A stretch of DNA of 64,000 nucleotides from Vitrella brassicaformis CCMP3155 (taxonomy: Eukaryota; Protista; Chromerida). The position numbers and the translations under genes were made by a program. Position 1 is the first letter of the stretch. Every line of letters starts with the position of its first letter. The notes below the pieces were generated by a model that saw only the letters and a program-made list of their open reading frames with translations, did no database searches and was not told where the DNA came from. Positions 1-13,652 of this stretch are shown in pieces. The stretch is from the NCBI GenBank assembly GCA_001179505.1, contig CDMY01000265.1, positions 62,001 through 126,000 of the forward strand, read 5' to 3'.

Positions 1-1557
1 CTGATCGGTGGACGTAGGCGTCGGGGTCCTTGGGGGGCGAACACTGCACCACCAGATCCACATTGCCCACATCGATGCCGCGGGCAGCCACGTCCGTAGC
101 CACCAGCACCTTGAACAGACCTGAAGACAGACACATACACACACGATGTGGTGCACAGAGAGAGAGAGAGAGAGAGCGCGATCTGGTGCGGGGCTCTTCC
201 CACAGACCTTTTCTGAATCTCTGCATGGTGTGGTCTCGTGTCTGCTGTCCGATGTCGCCGTGTAGCACAGCTGCGCTGAATGCCTTGAAGGCCCCCTCGC
301 TGGCCAGCTCGTCGGCCTCCCTCTTGGTCTGTGTGAAGACGATCGTCTGACCGCCACGCGACTCGACAGCGACGATGTCCTCGAGCACGGCCGCCTTGTC
401 CTCGATGCGCTCCGGCACTTGCACGGCGATGTGACGCACCGATGTGGCCGTGCGCTGGGTGGACTTGCCAACGACGTCGACATCCAGTGGATTCTTGAGG
501 TACTGCCGACTCATGTCCTTGACCCACCTGACGATATATGCCAAACAGCACCGATGACTGACTGCATGTCATGTCTGTGTCGTCCATTAATGGTGTGCTG
601 CCCTGCCCACCTGGGTGTGGTGGCGCTGAACATGAGCACCTGGCAGCTCCTGACGTCAAAGGAGCCGAAAATCCGCTCAATATCCTCAGCAAAGCCCATG
701 TTGAGCATCTCGTCCGCCTCGTCCAGCACCACGTGACGCAGACTGTCGAGCCGCAAGTGGCCCGACTGTATCAGATCCAGCAGCCGACCGGGCGTCCCCA
801 CCACAATGTCCACGCCCTTGCGCAGAGCGTTCTCCTGCGGGCCGAACGGCACCCCGCCGTGGATGCAGGTGATGCCCATCCTGTGCACGCGCGCCACGTC
901 GCCTATCTCCACCTCCACCTGCTTGGCCAGCTCTCGCGTCGGCTCCAGAACCAGGATCTTGGGGTCTCTGTCGCGCTGCACTTCGGGGATGGATTCCTTG
1001 TCGGTTCTGAGTCTCTCGAGCAGCGGCAGGCCGAACGCGACGGTCTTGCCGGTGCCGGTGCGGGAGCGGCCGATCATGTCGCTGCCGTCGTAGATGGGCG
1101 TGAAGGTCTGCGCCTGGATAGGCGTCATGTTGACGATGTTCTTGCGTGCCAGCACGTCGGACGTCTTGCCGCTGATCTGGCTGAATGATGCGAAGGTTGG
1201 CTGGTCGCGCGTGAGTGTGGTCAGATGCTCGTCCTCGTCTTCGACGATGGCCTCCTGCACCCACACATACACATACAGCAGCATGGAGGAGATGCTTTGC
1301 TTTGCTTGTAGTGGAGATCTACATATGTTGTCTGATGCACTACTCACAGGAAAGAGCAGTCTGTTTGGGTCTTCGACAACCAGCTGCATTCGCATGCCGG
1401 ATGATGATGACCCTCTGCCGCCGCTACCCCGATTGACACGGCGCAGAAACGATGAGGCGGGAAGCAACGACGGCGAGAAACCCACCACATGAGCCGCCTC
1501 GTGCGCCAGTAGCAGAAGCACGACTGCAAGAGTGCTCAACATGGTCCTGAACTCCAT
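1..1557 (-). CDS. DEAD-box RNA helicase (DDX21/RH3-like), probably plastid-targeted; multi-exon, 3' end runs off the window
   Basis: Motifs seen in order: GRSRTGTGKT (I), PTRELA (Ia), TPGR (Ib), LDEADEML (II), SAT (III). After splicing: TIVFTQTK (IV), VATDVAARGID (V), YVHRS (start of VI). The N-terminus MEFRTMLSTLAVVLLLLAHEAAHVVG-FSP is a signal peptide followed by Phe and an S/R-rich transit peptide. Confidence 0.92.
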
Positions 1558-1691
1558 TCTTCAAGTCAAAGGGCAGGAGAGGTGGCGGTCGCTGGTCGAT
1601 CTACGAGGCTCACACTTTTGAGCGAAGCGGTGAGGCAGGATCTGTTTGGGTGTGTGACGTGGCGTGATTGGTGCCGTGAATCTGCGCAACC

Positions 1692-4600
1692 ATGGCGAAG
1701 AAGGGCAAGGGAGTCAAGATGAGCATGGTGAGCCGACAGACAGACAGGAAGAGGCGAACACACACGAGGCAGGAGGAGCGCTGGAACGAACAGAGTGATG
1801 TATGTGTGCTTGGCGTGACGCTGTTGACGTCATATTCCGTCTGTCTGCGTTTGCCTCGTGTGTGTCGCGTTGTGTTGTGTGTGTACCTGGCAGGCCGACT
1901 TGGCGCAGGAGTTCGGCGGTCCTGTTCCGGGACAGTCAAGCCTGCCCACCGAGTCCGGCAATGCGTAAGGACACACCTGCCCTGCACACACCACACACCG
2001 ACAGACACATCTCTCTCTGCTGCACCGCACCCATCTTGGTGTGTGGTACACTACATGGCATGGTGCAGTCCTGAGGGCGGTGATCGCCGCAGGGGCGGGG
2101 GCGACAGATACAGGGGATGGGACGATGGTACGCACCGCACATAAATATTCACTCACTCTCAATCGATCCATCGACCAACACAACACGGGCAGACAGAAGA
2201 CAGACATCTACATGTGCTTACTGTATGCACCTGTGTGGGTGGGTGATATCTGGTTGCCCAGATGATGCGGGTCGTGCGGACACTGGCGACTGGCGTGGCG
2301 GTGGTGGTGGTGGTGATAGGGACCGTGACCGCGACAGGGACAGGAGGGACCGAGACCGACCGTCCAGAATGGACGATGGTAATTGATCAAACACAACCAA
2401 ACAGATAGATACCCATCGGGCGGGTCTGGTGTGTGGGGTGGACGCACAGCACGACACACGACGCAGTAAGTGTTAACTGGCCTTGTGTGTGTGTTTCGTG
2501 AGGCAGACGACGGGTTCAGCCGAGCCGACACTGGCGACTGGAGGTACATCCCTTCTTGCCCTGCCCACACGCACGTCCACACACACATACACATACATGC
2601 GCGCCTTGTGTGTTGGATTCATCGTCGGTACGTCCTTGTGTCTGTCTGTCTATGTGTGTGTGTGGATCTCCCGACCAGGGGTGGCTCAAGGGACAGGGGT
2701 GGCTCAAGGGACAGGGACAGGAGGGACGACCGGGACCGCGACCGTGATCGGGACAGAGACAGAGATCGACCGCGAGAGAGAGAGCGGTACGTCCAATCCA
2801 ATCACAGCTGGTCGATAGATACATCACGTATGTATGAGCATTTCGATTGATTGATGTGGTTTGTGTCCATTTATTGTTCACTCAGTGACCGCTTTGCCGA
2901 CGACGATGACGACTGGCGCGGCACGGCCAGGGAGGAGAGAGGCCGCGACAGAGACAGGGACAGAGACAGAGATAGCCATAGAGACCGGTGAGTGAGCATG
3001 GCATGGCATGGCATGGCATGTCCTTCCCTCATACAGACAGACATGCGAGGATCTGTGTGTCACTCACTCCACACGTGTCGTGCATGTATGTAATGCAGCG
3101 ACCGTGACCGTCGTGACCGGAGCCCTGACAGGGCCCGCGACAGGGACCGTGACAGGGACGACTCGAGGGAGAGGGACAGGGACAGAGGTGGCGGCAAGTA
3201 CATCCCACCATCGCAGGTGGGGTCGGGTCGACGGGCACAAACAGACAGACGGACATCTACACTACACTACCCACGGTCTGTCTGTCTGTGTATCGAAAAT
3301 GTCGGTCGGTCGCTTGTTGGTTGATTCCTTCAGCGTCACCGGTCCGATCGTATGCGCGGCCGTGACGACTCCCCCGATCGCGACAGAGACTGGCGGCACC
3401 ACGACAGAGAGAGGGACAGAGATCGAGACAGAGACAGGTGCGCCACAAACACGTCAAGGCGTCCATCCATCCATCCCCCTTTCGATGTGTGAGTAGGGAT
3501 CGTGACCGTGGTCGAGATGACTGGCGCGGCGGCGGCGGCGGGCGTGACAGGAGGCGGGACGACTCACGAGAGCGGAGGAGAGACGACTCACCCGACAGGG
3601 ACCGAGACAGGGATAGAGACACGTAAGGAAAGATACACCAAACACAGACAGCGAATACGTCATCCCCCAACCACCCCATCCGCCTGTGGGTGTTGTGCTG
3701 TCACGGTGTGTGCGGGTCTCATATCCATCAGTTGGCGTTCCGGCGACTCTGGCCGCTCCCGTGCTCCCCGCTACGACCCCGACAGAAGGGACGACTGGCG
3801 GGGCGGCGGCGACAGGGACAGGGACAGGAGGGATCGGGACCGGGACGACAGGCGGCGTGATGACGACAGGTTCGACGACCGGGGCAGGGACAGGCGCGAC
3901 AGGGACGGCAGCAGGGATCGTGACAGAGACAGAGACAGAGACAGGGACCGACTGAGAGATGACGACCGCTTCAACGACAGGCGGCCTGACCGCCACAGGC
4001 ATGACGATCGCGACTCGAGGGACGGCGACAGGGACGAGAGGGACAGGGACGACCTCGACAGGAAACGACACGACGACCGAGAGGAGGTGAGACAGCATCG
4101 CAACACATCATCTCTCCTACTGTCATGTTTGTTTGGACGTCCGCGGTGTCGGCCTCTTGTTGTTTAGGAGATGCCACGAGCCGTCGAGAAGCCTGCTGCC
4201 GAGAAGGAGGACGAGGCACCAGTCCCAGAGGACGCCAAGGAGCCCCACGACACCAAAACGGAGCCACCACCATCAGTCAGCGACGCCGACAAGGACGTCT
4301 CCCCCCAACCGCCACAAGCAGTCTCTCCCGAGGCCGACAAGGAGCAAGACAAGGAGGACCAGAAGGAGACAGAGAAGCAGGAAGAAGCGGAAGAGCAGAA
4401 GGACGGCGAGAAAGAGGAGCAGAAAGAGGCTGCCGTCCAGCCGGTCGTTGACGTGTCTGAGGATCGGCGGGATGACGACACGAGGGAGGAGACCAAAGAC
4501 GAGGAGACACCCACAGCAGCAGCCGACAAGGAACAACACGAAGAGGAGCACAGAGAGGGACACAAGGAGGAGCACAAAGATGAGGATGACGACAAACCGA

Positions 4601-6965
4601 AAGGTCAGTCAGACCACGTGTGCCCCACGCACATGTCATCCATTCACCATGCCATGCACTCTCTTCTCTCCTTGTTTGTCCCTCTCCGTCATTGGCCGAC
4701 TGATCAGCCAAGTACGTGCCTCCCTGGAAGCGTGCATCAGAGGCGGCCGAGCACGACCCTCCAGTGCGCGAGTCGCCCCCTCCCCGGGCACTCCGCCCCG
4801 ACCCACAGCACCACAAAGACGACGACGACAAAGACAAAACACCCGGTGAGAAGCAAACGAGGGGAAGTCAATCACAGCACAGACAGGTGCGCATGAAGCG
4901 TGTGTTGTGTTGTGTTGTGTTGTGTGTGAAGGTGGTGGTGCTGGTGGCGGCGGTCGTTACATCCCCCCGTCGCAGCGCAAGAAGATGGAGGAGGAACAGA
5001 AGAGACAAGAAGAGGTACGTACGCCACGCCCTGCTGCAATTGACCACACACACACACACACACGCACACGTCTCTCTCTCCATGCGGCGGCGTGATTCAT
5101 GCGTGCTTCAGGTTGCACGGGCGGCTGCAGCCAAAGCCAAGGTGAGTCAGAGACTTACTGACTGAAGACCAGCAGCACTGGGAGCAGGCATACCAACCTC
5201 TTGTGTGTCTGTGCGTGTGTGTGGTGGCTATCTATCAGGCCGCGGGTGGCCACCGTCCGCTCACCGAGGAGGAAGAGGAGAGGAGACGCATCAAGGAGAA
5301 ACAACGGTACGTGTACACCATAGATATCTATGGTGGCCAAATGCGCACACATGTGCAGTACACGATGCATCTACTGTACTCGTCTGTCTGTCTGTGTGTG
5401 TGTGTGTGTGTGTGCAGTGAGGAGCGTGACCGTAAGCACCGCGAGGAGGAGGAGAAGAAGAAGAAAAAGGAGGAGGAGGAACGAAAGCGACTCGAGGAGG
5501 AGGTACGCACTCAACCACACATGTGATGTGCGACAGAGACACACACGAGCAGCTACAATTAATATGCGTGTGTGCGTGTGGTCAGGAGCGGACGCGCCCG
5601 TCAGATGAGCGGATGTCCAAGCTGGCGGGCATGGTCAGCCGGTGCCTCGTCGACGAGATCACAGCCGACAAGCTGGTCAACGAAGCCGACCAGCTGCTAC
5701 AAGAGGTACGTACACGCAAATCGACTCTCCACACACACATTTGTTTTTGTTTCGTGTGTAAGTCTGATTGGCATCATGTGTTGCCGTCGGCCACCATCGC
5801 CGAAGAGCTGCTCAAAGCTATCGATGGTACTGTCTCTACGCATCTCTGACTGACAACAGGGGGAGGGGACATGAGACATCGACGGCGACTCGACTCTCCT
5901 TCTATATGCTGATGTGTGGTGGGTTGCAATGCAGCTGGTGTGGCTGATGAGAGTCTGGAGAGCACCGAGGCGGTGAGTGCCCTCGTGGCCAAACTCAAGC
6001 CCACACTCGAGAAAATGTTCCAGGTCAGCCAGGGAGGCAGTTAGGGAGGGAGGGAGGGACAGACACACATGGATATGCACGCGCAAGCGTGTGTGGCATA
6101 CCATGTATGGATGGCACTCACTTTTGTGTTACCTCAGACGTCTTGCATCCACCGCCACAAGCTGCGGTTCCTCTTCGCCATTCAGAAGGGCACACTCGGT
6201 AACTAACGTAACCAGCAGCCATGCACTGCACACGGCATGGCCTACACTGTAATGTGTCTGTCTGTCCATTGTGTCCATCGTGACATAGAGTTGCGTCACA
6301 TCCGCATATCGCCGTCGTGGGCTTTGGTCGAGGCCGTCTTCGACGCCCTCTACATGCAGGACATCATCGAGGAACAGTACTTCATATGGGTAACTAACCT
6401 AACACACACATGACTGACTGACACACAGGGATACAAAGGATACATACACTGACTGCACTGCACGGGCCCCTGTGTGTGACGCATCGCTCTGCTTCCGTGT
6501 GCTGCATGGCGTGTCTGCAGTGGCGTGAGGACGAGCAGGACAAGACACCAGGCAAACAAAAGACACTCTTCCAGGTACACACAGGCACAAACACACACAT
6601 ACACACACACGTCTGCGCCGTCCATTCGTCCGTCCATCTGTGCATCCATCCACCACTACTATCAGGTGTTGAATTGGTTGGACTGGCTCAAGACGGCCCC
6701 GTGTGAGGGCGACCCACGTGCTGCCGAGATCAACGGCCGCAATGACAACAACGAGGATGAGGACGACGAGGACCAAATCAACGGGGAAGACGACTCTGAC
6801 GACGACATTGAGGTCGGTCAGCCTCATTGGAGAGACAGAACAGAGAGAGAGAGGGAGAAGGGCACTCACTGTTTGTGTGTGTTGTGTGTGTGTGGTTGGT
6901 GCCACCAGGCCAACATCCCCAAGAGCCGCAAGCCCATGTACACGTTCGTGCCCATGCGGAGGTGA
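1692..6965 (+). CDS. RD/RG-repeat protein with acidic linker and C-terminal W2 (eIF4G/eIF5/eIF2B-epsilon) domain; translation-factor-like
   Basis: Spliced C-terminal exons read KLKPTLEKMFQ...KLRFLFAIQ...VEAVFDALYMQDIIEEQYFIWWREDEQDKTPGKQKTLFQVLNWLDWLKTAPCEGD, which carries the W2 aromatic/acidic boxes. Upstream are many DR/RD-repeat exons and an E/K/D-rich region (4171-4610). Stop at 6963-6965. Confidence 0.8.
3771..4085 (+). repeat. Coding low-complexity (GACAGG/GACAGA/GACCGN)n tract encoding RD dipeptide repeats
   Basis: Translates as DRRDDWRGGGDRDRDRRDRDRDDRRRDDDRF...; similar modules recur in exons from 2263 to 3620. Confidence 0.9.
5316..5335. other. Perfect 20-bp palindrome inside an intron
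   Basis: caccatagat|atctatggtg is its own reverse complement. Function unknown. Confidence 0.8.
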
Positions 6966-7520
6966 CGTGACACACACCAAACCTGCCCGCCGTCCCACAC
7001 GTATCGCTGGCCGGCTGTCGTGGTATCTGCTCTGTCATTTTTAAAGTATGATGAACGATCGATCGATGACGTGGGTCAACACACACACACACGCCACGCA
7101 CAGAGAGAGAGGGAGAGAGAGAGGCAGAATTGATGCATGAGTTCGTGTATTGCATGGCATGCATCGCTTTCAATTGAACCACATACACACGTTGATGCGC
7201 AGAGTGAGGCGTTTTGAAGCGATGAAGGATGGACGGGTTTCGCATGTGCGTGTGTGTGTGTGCGGGGCGGATGTGTGGGTGCAGTGCAGCGATTGATGAG
7301 TATGTGCTTGCCTGCCTTGCTTGTTTTGACAGCGCTGCGTGCGTTTGTGCGTTTCTCCTTTCCCTGTCGTGGCGTGGGTGCGGTGTCTGCAATTGGTTGC
7401 CTGGATGTTTGTTCCCTCGTACTACATGCCGTGCGTATTACATGAGTGCCCCATTGCATGTGTGTTGGTGGGACTCCTGCAAGTGTCCCACAGCTTAGGC
7501 GTGGTGGGGGAGGCTGAAAG

Positions 7521-10013
7521 ATGGGATCTTCCACATTGAAATATCATCTCAGCGATCAGTTCAGGCTTCCAGAGATCAGCTCGCACCTGTTGGCTAAGCT
7601 TGCAGACGAGAGTCATTACTTTTCCACTTCCAGGCGGTCATCCACTGATATCATCATGAGGACGGAGAGCACTCAGACGTCCCCTCCCTTCTCGCCCAAC
7701 CCAGATGCTGGGATGACCTCCCCGCTGCTGAGGCCAAACAGCGCACCCGGCATGGTATGTACGCAACGCAGACAGACACTCACACAGCCATGCCATGAAT
7801 CCAATCCACAGATGCTATGCTCGCCCAGCCACAGTGTACATATGTATGCATGTTGTTCTGTCTGTCTGTGCATTCAGGAGTCATCTCCGATACTGGGACC
7901 GTCGAAGCGAGGCTCCTCTTCTGTGGCGGCGACGGCGGTACTGCTCAACACCATACTCGGCGTCGCTGTGCTCGGCCTACCTTGGTCAGTCAGTGAGTGA
8001 GTGAGATGCATGGATTGGATGATCCAGTCAGTGTGTGCATGTGTTGGTCGGTCGAGATCACTTGGATGTGTGATGTGTCTGTCTGTCGTGATGTCTGTCT
8101 GTGTGCAGGGCGTTCAACGCCAATGGTCTTGTTCTGGGTCTGGTGTTTGTGTTCGCGTCGGGCTGTCTGTCGGCATTCGCACTGCACCTCCTCAACTGCG
8201 TCGCCGTCAAACTCGGAGGTACTTACGTGAGGCACTCACCAACTCGCAATGGGTGCGTGCGATGGGTGAAGGGGGTGTGTGTGTGTGTGTGTGTGTGTGG
8301 CCAGGTGAGGATGTGACGTTTTATGCGGTGAGCATTCGCACCTTCCCGCAGCTGCGCCACATGCTAGACGGCGTCATCGCCCTCAAGTGCTTCGGCGTGG
8401 CCACCTCCTACCTCATAGTCATCGGCCACGTCCTCCCGCCGCTCATCGGCGGCACACACGGACTCAACGAGAGGAGCGTGAGGGCACTCTGCATCATCGG
8501 AGCCGTTGTGGTCAGTCAGCGAGCCCACCCACCCAACAGCCGTGATGTCTGCCCATGACGATTGATTGCATCTGTCTGTCGGTCCCTCTTGCTCATTCAG
8601 TTGGGTGTGGGCCCAGCATCGTTTCCAAAGCGCATACGGTCTTTGCGGCACACGGCGTGGGTGGCGCTGTCGTTCATGCTGTACCTGACGCTGCTGCTGG
8701 TGCTGGGGGAGCAGATACACACCGCACACGAGATGGAGGGCGGCGGCGGGTCCTGGTGGGCGCACCACCAGGCCAGGGGCGTCAACTGGTGGCCGCGGCA
8801 GGGCAGCCTCTTCAGCCTCATCAAGACGCTCCCCGTCTTCATCTTTGCCTTCACCTGCCACCAGAACCTCTTCACCGTCGCATCTGAGCTCAGAGTCAGC
8901 TCTGACCCCCACACAACACACCCAGCACAGCACAGCACAGCACACCATGGTATGTTGTGTGTGTGCGCTTCCCATTGGCTGCAGGCGGACACATTGGAGG
9001 CGAAGCGAGGGAGGATGGACGTGTGCATCGTGTCAGCTGTGGCCATATCGATGACCATTTACTACCTGTCGGCGGTGGACGGCTATCTGCTCTTCGGATC
9101 GGCCGTCGACTCGGACATCCTCAACAACCTCAAAGACGCGTCAGATGCCTCATGGTGGCTCTGGGCAACTTGGATCGGTACGCACGGGCTTCGGCAGGCA
9201 GTGCTGGGTGGGTGGAGAGAGACATGGATGTCTCCTTCGCAACGTGTGTGTGTCATGTGTGGTTCGTCATTCATTCGACAGCCAAGTTGGGAATATTTGT
9301 GTCAATGGTATTCACATATCCGCTGCAGTGCCACCCTTGCAGGAGGTCAGTGCACTGCAGTGAGGGAAACACAACACGCACCCAAAGTGTCCGGCCGTCG
9401 TGTCATTTTCTCACTCACCATGTGCTGTGTGGTTCTGGGTGTGTGTGTTGTGTGCAGGTCGCTGTGGACGCTCTTCTTCCGGGGGTTGGTTGTGGATCGT
9501 GTGCGTGAGAAGCGCATCCTGCGTATGCTGACAGCGTCCATCCTGCTGCTCAGCACCATCATAGCCGTCACACTCACTGACCTGGGTGTCGTCTTCGAAC
9601 TGGTCAGCTCAAGTCAGACAGAGGGGGGGACGGAGAGAGAGAGAGACCCGTGTCCAGCAATTGGGAGGTCCGCCTGTCTCTCTGTCTGTCTGTATGTCTG
9701 TCTGTCTGTGTGTGTGTTGTGTGCAGGTTGGTACGATAGGTTCGAATACGATCTGTTACATCGTGCCTGCCCTGCTGTACATCAAACTCTTCCAAGACGA
9801 CGGACTCACTATCAAACGGTACACAACCACACACACACACAACCACAGCCACAGACAGACAGACAGACAGACGCATCCGAAGGCACTTCCTTCCTGTGTC
9901 GTGTGGTGTCGTGCAGTGTGGCTGCCATGGGGCTGTTGGGTTTGGGTCTGCTGATCCTGCCCACATGCCTCACTGTGATCCTCATCACACACCTGTTCGG
10001 CACACCACACTGA
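7521..10013 (+). CDS. Amino-acid transporter, Aa_trans (SLC38/AVT5-7-like) family
   Basis: Exons give LLNTILGVAVLGLP, AFNANGLVLG, DGVIALKCFGVATSYLIVIG, LPVFIFAFTCHQNLF, GYLLFG..VDSDILNN and VGTIGSNTICYIVPALLY, with about 10-11 hydrophobic segments. Confidence 0.9.
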
Positions 10014-10670
10014 GGGAGACCGATGGATGCCGTGTGTATGTCAGGGGGGCAACGCTGCGTGTAGTGCAACTGAGTTGAGTGCGAATTGTTAGACAATGCA
10101 TCGATGCACCACACCAGGGAGTGGAGTGAGGGGTGCAGGAGGAGCGAGTGAGTGTGTAAAGAGCGTCGTCGGTCACTTTTATTGTATATATCCGGTGTAT
10201 CGCTGGCTGTGCTTCGCTCGATCGGCCCCGTGTACCATCAACCAACCTATCTATCAATATATTTATCTTCCTGTGCAGTAGAATGAATGAGATGATTTTT
10301 GTTGAGGCGTGGATGTACTGTCATGTGGTCATGCTGCAATGGATGGATGGATGGATGGCCTGCCAACAGGCCCCCCAGGTAGATGGACACCCGTCGATTC
10401 GATGCGTGCGACGTGATGTGACGAGCAGTGAGTGTCCAGACTGACCGACTGACCGTCTCATCGATGTTTGTATCTATCAATGCTCTGCCAAGGCAACACA
10501 ACACGATCGCGCAAAGGAAAACTGTACACTCATCCATCCTGTCTGCCTGTCCGTTGCGGTGCACTCGTCTGCACGTCAATCCGTCCATGCGATAACATCA
10601 CCTTCATTCAACAGACCACCCCACCGCCTCTCTCCCCCCATGGCCACCCTCCCTTTGTCTGTCTGTCTGG

Positions 10671-12472
10671 CTACTTGATAGCCACAGCGATCTGCTGCCC
10701 TTTTGCCGGGGCCTTGCTACCGTCCTCCTGCTGCTGCTGCTGCTGCTGCAGCCTTTTGCTGCTCTTGAATGGGTGTTCCTTGAGGTAGGTCTTGACGTCC
10801 TGAGTGTCCGCCGTGGGGCACATGCCGTTGTCGGCCTTCTCGGCGAAACTGATGGCTTGGCTGAAGTCGACCTTGGACACATCCTGGAAGTCGGGCGGCG
10901 CCAAACCACCCAGAGACCTGATCATCGACGCAAGGATGCAGCGTACAGGCAGACAGTGTGGGCTGAGCATGCGTTGGTGCCTGCCTGGTACCCACCAGAT
11001 GCCGGCAGGGTAAGTGGCTTGAATGTCAGGTGTGATGCCCCTGCCGTTGAGGTCCTCGCCAGACGGCCGGATGTACCGAGCTATCGTCATGACCAGCCCG
11101 CTGCCGTCCTGTAGACCGTACACCGCCTACACCACCGAGCGAACAAGGGACCAGTGAGTGCAGTGGATGGACGGCAGTTCAACAAAGCATGAGCATCGAA
11201 TCGAATGAAGGTGTGTTTACCTACCTGCACAAGCCCTTTTCCGTAGGTCTTGCGACCCATTGTGACCGCCCTGACGCACACATCACATGACACACACGGC
11301 GGCAATGACGTACACAATGCATTCCTATACGGTGTCTCTGGATCGACGCATGGGCGCACCCACGAACCTCACCTGCAGTTGTCCCTGAGTGCGCCCGTGA
11401 GCACTTCCGATGCACTAGCGGTGAGCTCGTCCGTCCACAAGACCAGAGGGTCGCGGGTTATGACCTTGCCACGCTCACTCCTGCATGACATGAAAGCATT
11501 CAGACAGACAGACAGACAGACACACACTGGGCGTTCAGGAACAGATGGGCTTGTGCGTGGGATAGTGTGGCTAGTCTGCCTGTCTGTGTGTGTTACTTGA
11601 ATTCGAGGACCTCTCCCTCCCCATCGGCGAGCCAGCAGATGGTCTTGTCGGCCATGAAGAGGCTGCTCATGCTCACCGCACTCTGGAAGTTGCCGCCCTG
11701 GCAGTGACCGACGTACGAACGAGCGGCCATCAACACACACAACACACAGAACACACAGACACTCATTCATTCAGACAGACAGGCCGCATGTGCGGTCGGT
11801 GTACCGTACCTACCTGGTTGCTCCTTAGGTCGAGTACATAGGCGTCGGCGCCCTCTTTCTCCATCTGGACGAGCGCCTCCTTCATGCGCTCCTTGGCCAC
11901 TGCGTCAAACTGCTGAAGCTTCAGATACCCAATCTGTGTGACACACAGGAGGGAGCAGCATGTCGAAGAGCATCCACAGGGGGGATCCGGTAGATAGGGA
12001 CCTTTTTGTCTTGTTTGGTGTCTGGGTCCTTGACGGTGCGCAAAGCGGCGATCACCGGATTGCTCAGATCGTTACGCACCCGGGGCAGCTCCTGCACACA
12101 CAAACACACACATGAATCTCTACGCTTCGTTTGTGTGTCGTGTTGCACCACACGCATCGTACCAGCACTATTGGTGGCTGTTGGGGGTCTCCCTGTGCCG
12201 GCTGCACTTTGAGGACCAGCTTGTCGCCCTCCGCGTCGTCCAGGATCTTCAAGATGTCAAACGGTGACCGACCCTTCAGCGGCACATCTGACACACAGAC
12301 AGACATGGAGTTCGTCCATGTCGGTGTGTGCGAATGTGTGTGTCTTCTGTTTGTGTGTACCGTTGATGGCAATGACGACGTCGTTTTTCTGTATGCCGGC
12401 CTTCTCTGCGGCCGAGTTGGGGACGGGGGCCGAGTAGAAGATCACATCGCCGTTCTTGCCCTCAGCTACACA

Positions 12473-12506
<34 letters not shown>

Positions 12507-13344
12507 TCATCATCCCATCTGCTTTCCCTCGCCCCCTTGTGTGTGCTGTCTGTCCCCTCCCTCCCTCCCCGCCCTCACTTTTGGTGAGCGGCGCCCCGAC
12601 GCCAAGTATGTCGAATTTCTGTATCTCGAGGTACTTTTTTTGGTCGATCCAGCGCGTGTATGGGTCGTCGAGCTCCTTGACCATGTCATTGACGAGCTGC
12701 CCCCGGTCCTTCCACGCAACCCGGTACTTGCTGCTGATGCCCCGGTACCTGTCCTTGACACCCTGCCAGTCCAGCCCGTTGTACGTCCGGTCCAGGTAGT
12801 ACTTGCGCAGCAGCTCCCACGCCTCGTCTATCACGTCGCTCTGCGGCTCAGTGGCGGCTGGGGGGGCAGAGGAGATCAGGAAGGAGGGGGCGGAGGTGGA
12901 GGTGGAGGGGAGGGACAATGAGGGCTGGTCGACTGATGCGATGGATGGGAACGTTGGGAAGAGGGAAAACGCCAGCAGCAGCAGGGCGCTCATGGCGGCC
13001 CGCCTGAGGGACTCCAGCCGCCCCTCCCACCCCTCGGCAGGACCCTTTGACTCATCGCTTTCACCGTCGCGCAAGCTGCGAAGCGTGAAGGATGCCGTCC
13101 GCCTTGGTTGGGTGCAGGCCAATGCAGCGGCTGGTCTCGGTAAGCGCTCCCGTATGCGATGCAGAGGGGCGGCTGGGTGAGGGGCAAATGCAGCCGCACC
13201 GGCGGACAGGGCTGTTGGCACCGATAGCAATGAATGCACCACGACCAGCACAGCCGCGCGAGTGAAGGATCTCCTTCGACCTGGCCGTCGAGAGCCGCCT
13301 TGATCATTGCGCATCACCGTTGGATAAGGATGCCCCTGCAACAT
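10671..13344 (-). CDS. ctpA: C-terminal processing peptidase (S41A, PDZ plus Ser/Lys dyad), CtpA-like, plastid-targeted
   Basis: DVIDEAWELL..YLDRTYNGLDW, MVKELDDPYTR, PDZ segment APVPNSAAEKAGIQKNDVVIAING, catalytic TASASE and TYGKGLVQ, then YGLQDGSGLVMTIARY..GRGITPD. The leader contains a hydrophobic stretch ending in AAA-FAP (ASAFAP-like). The 3' end is uncertain. Confidence 0.9.
10728..10748 (-). repeat. (CAG)7 polyglutamine tract in the CtpA C-terminal tail
   Basis: Seven ctg units on the + strand; translated as RLQQQQQQQEDG on the - strand. Confidence 0.85.
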
Positions 13345-13652
13345 CGTCTGTGAGAGGCCAGCAGCCTTCTGAGCAGCCAGATTGAAGACGAGAGTACAGA
13401 TCTGGAACAGCACTGATCTACTCACAAAGGAGAGGGTATAGAGGGAAGCGAGAAAGGCTCAGAAATGGCTCTGGAGGGAAATCCGAGGTCGAGCCAAGCT
13501 CGCGGGTGCTGAAAAAGGGAAGAAAAGGAAGGTAATGAGAGCGATAGCGCACAACACCACTGTGAGGGCATGCGTTGGATAAATCACTTTGTGTTGTGTA
13601 CAGGTGTTTCGGTCATACCAATTGCCTTCTCAGTCCTCAGTCGGCTCTCGTT

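Noticed and set aside
1692-4100. SR/U1-70K/RBM25-type splicing factor call for the RD-rich region
   Set aside because: No RRM or PWI domain was found, and the only folded domain recognised is W2.
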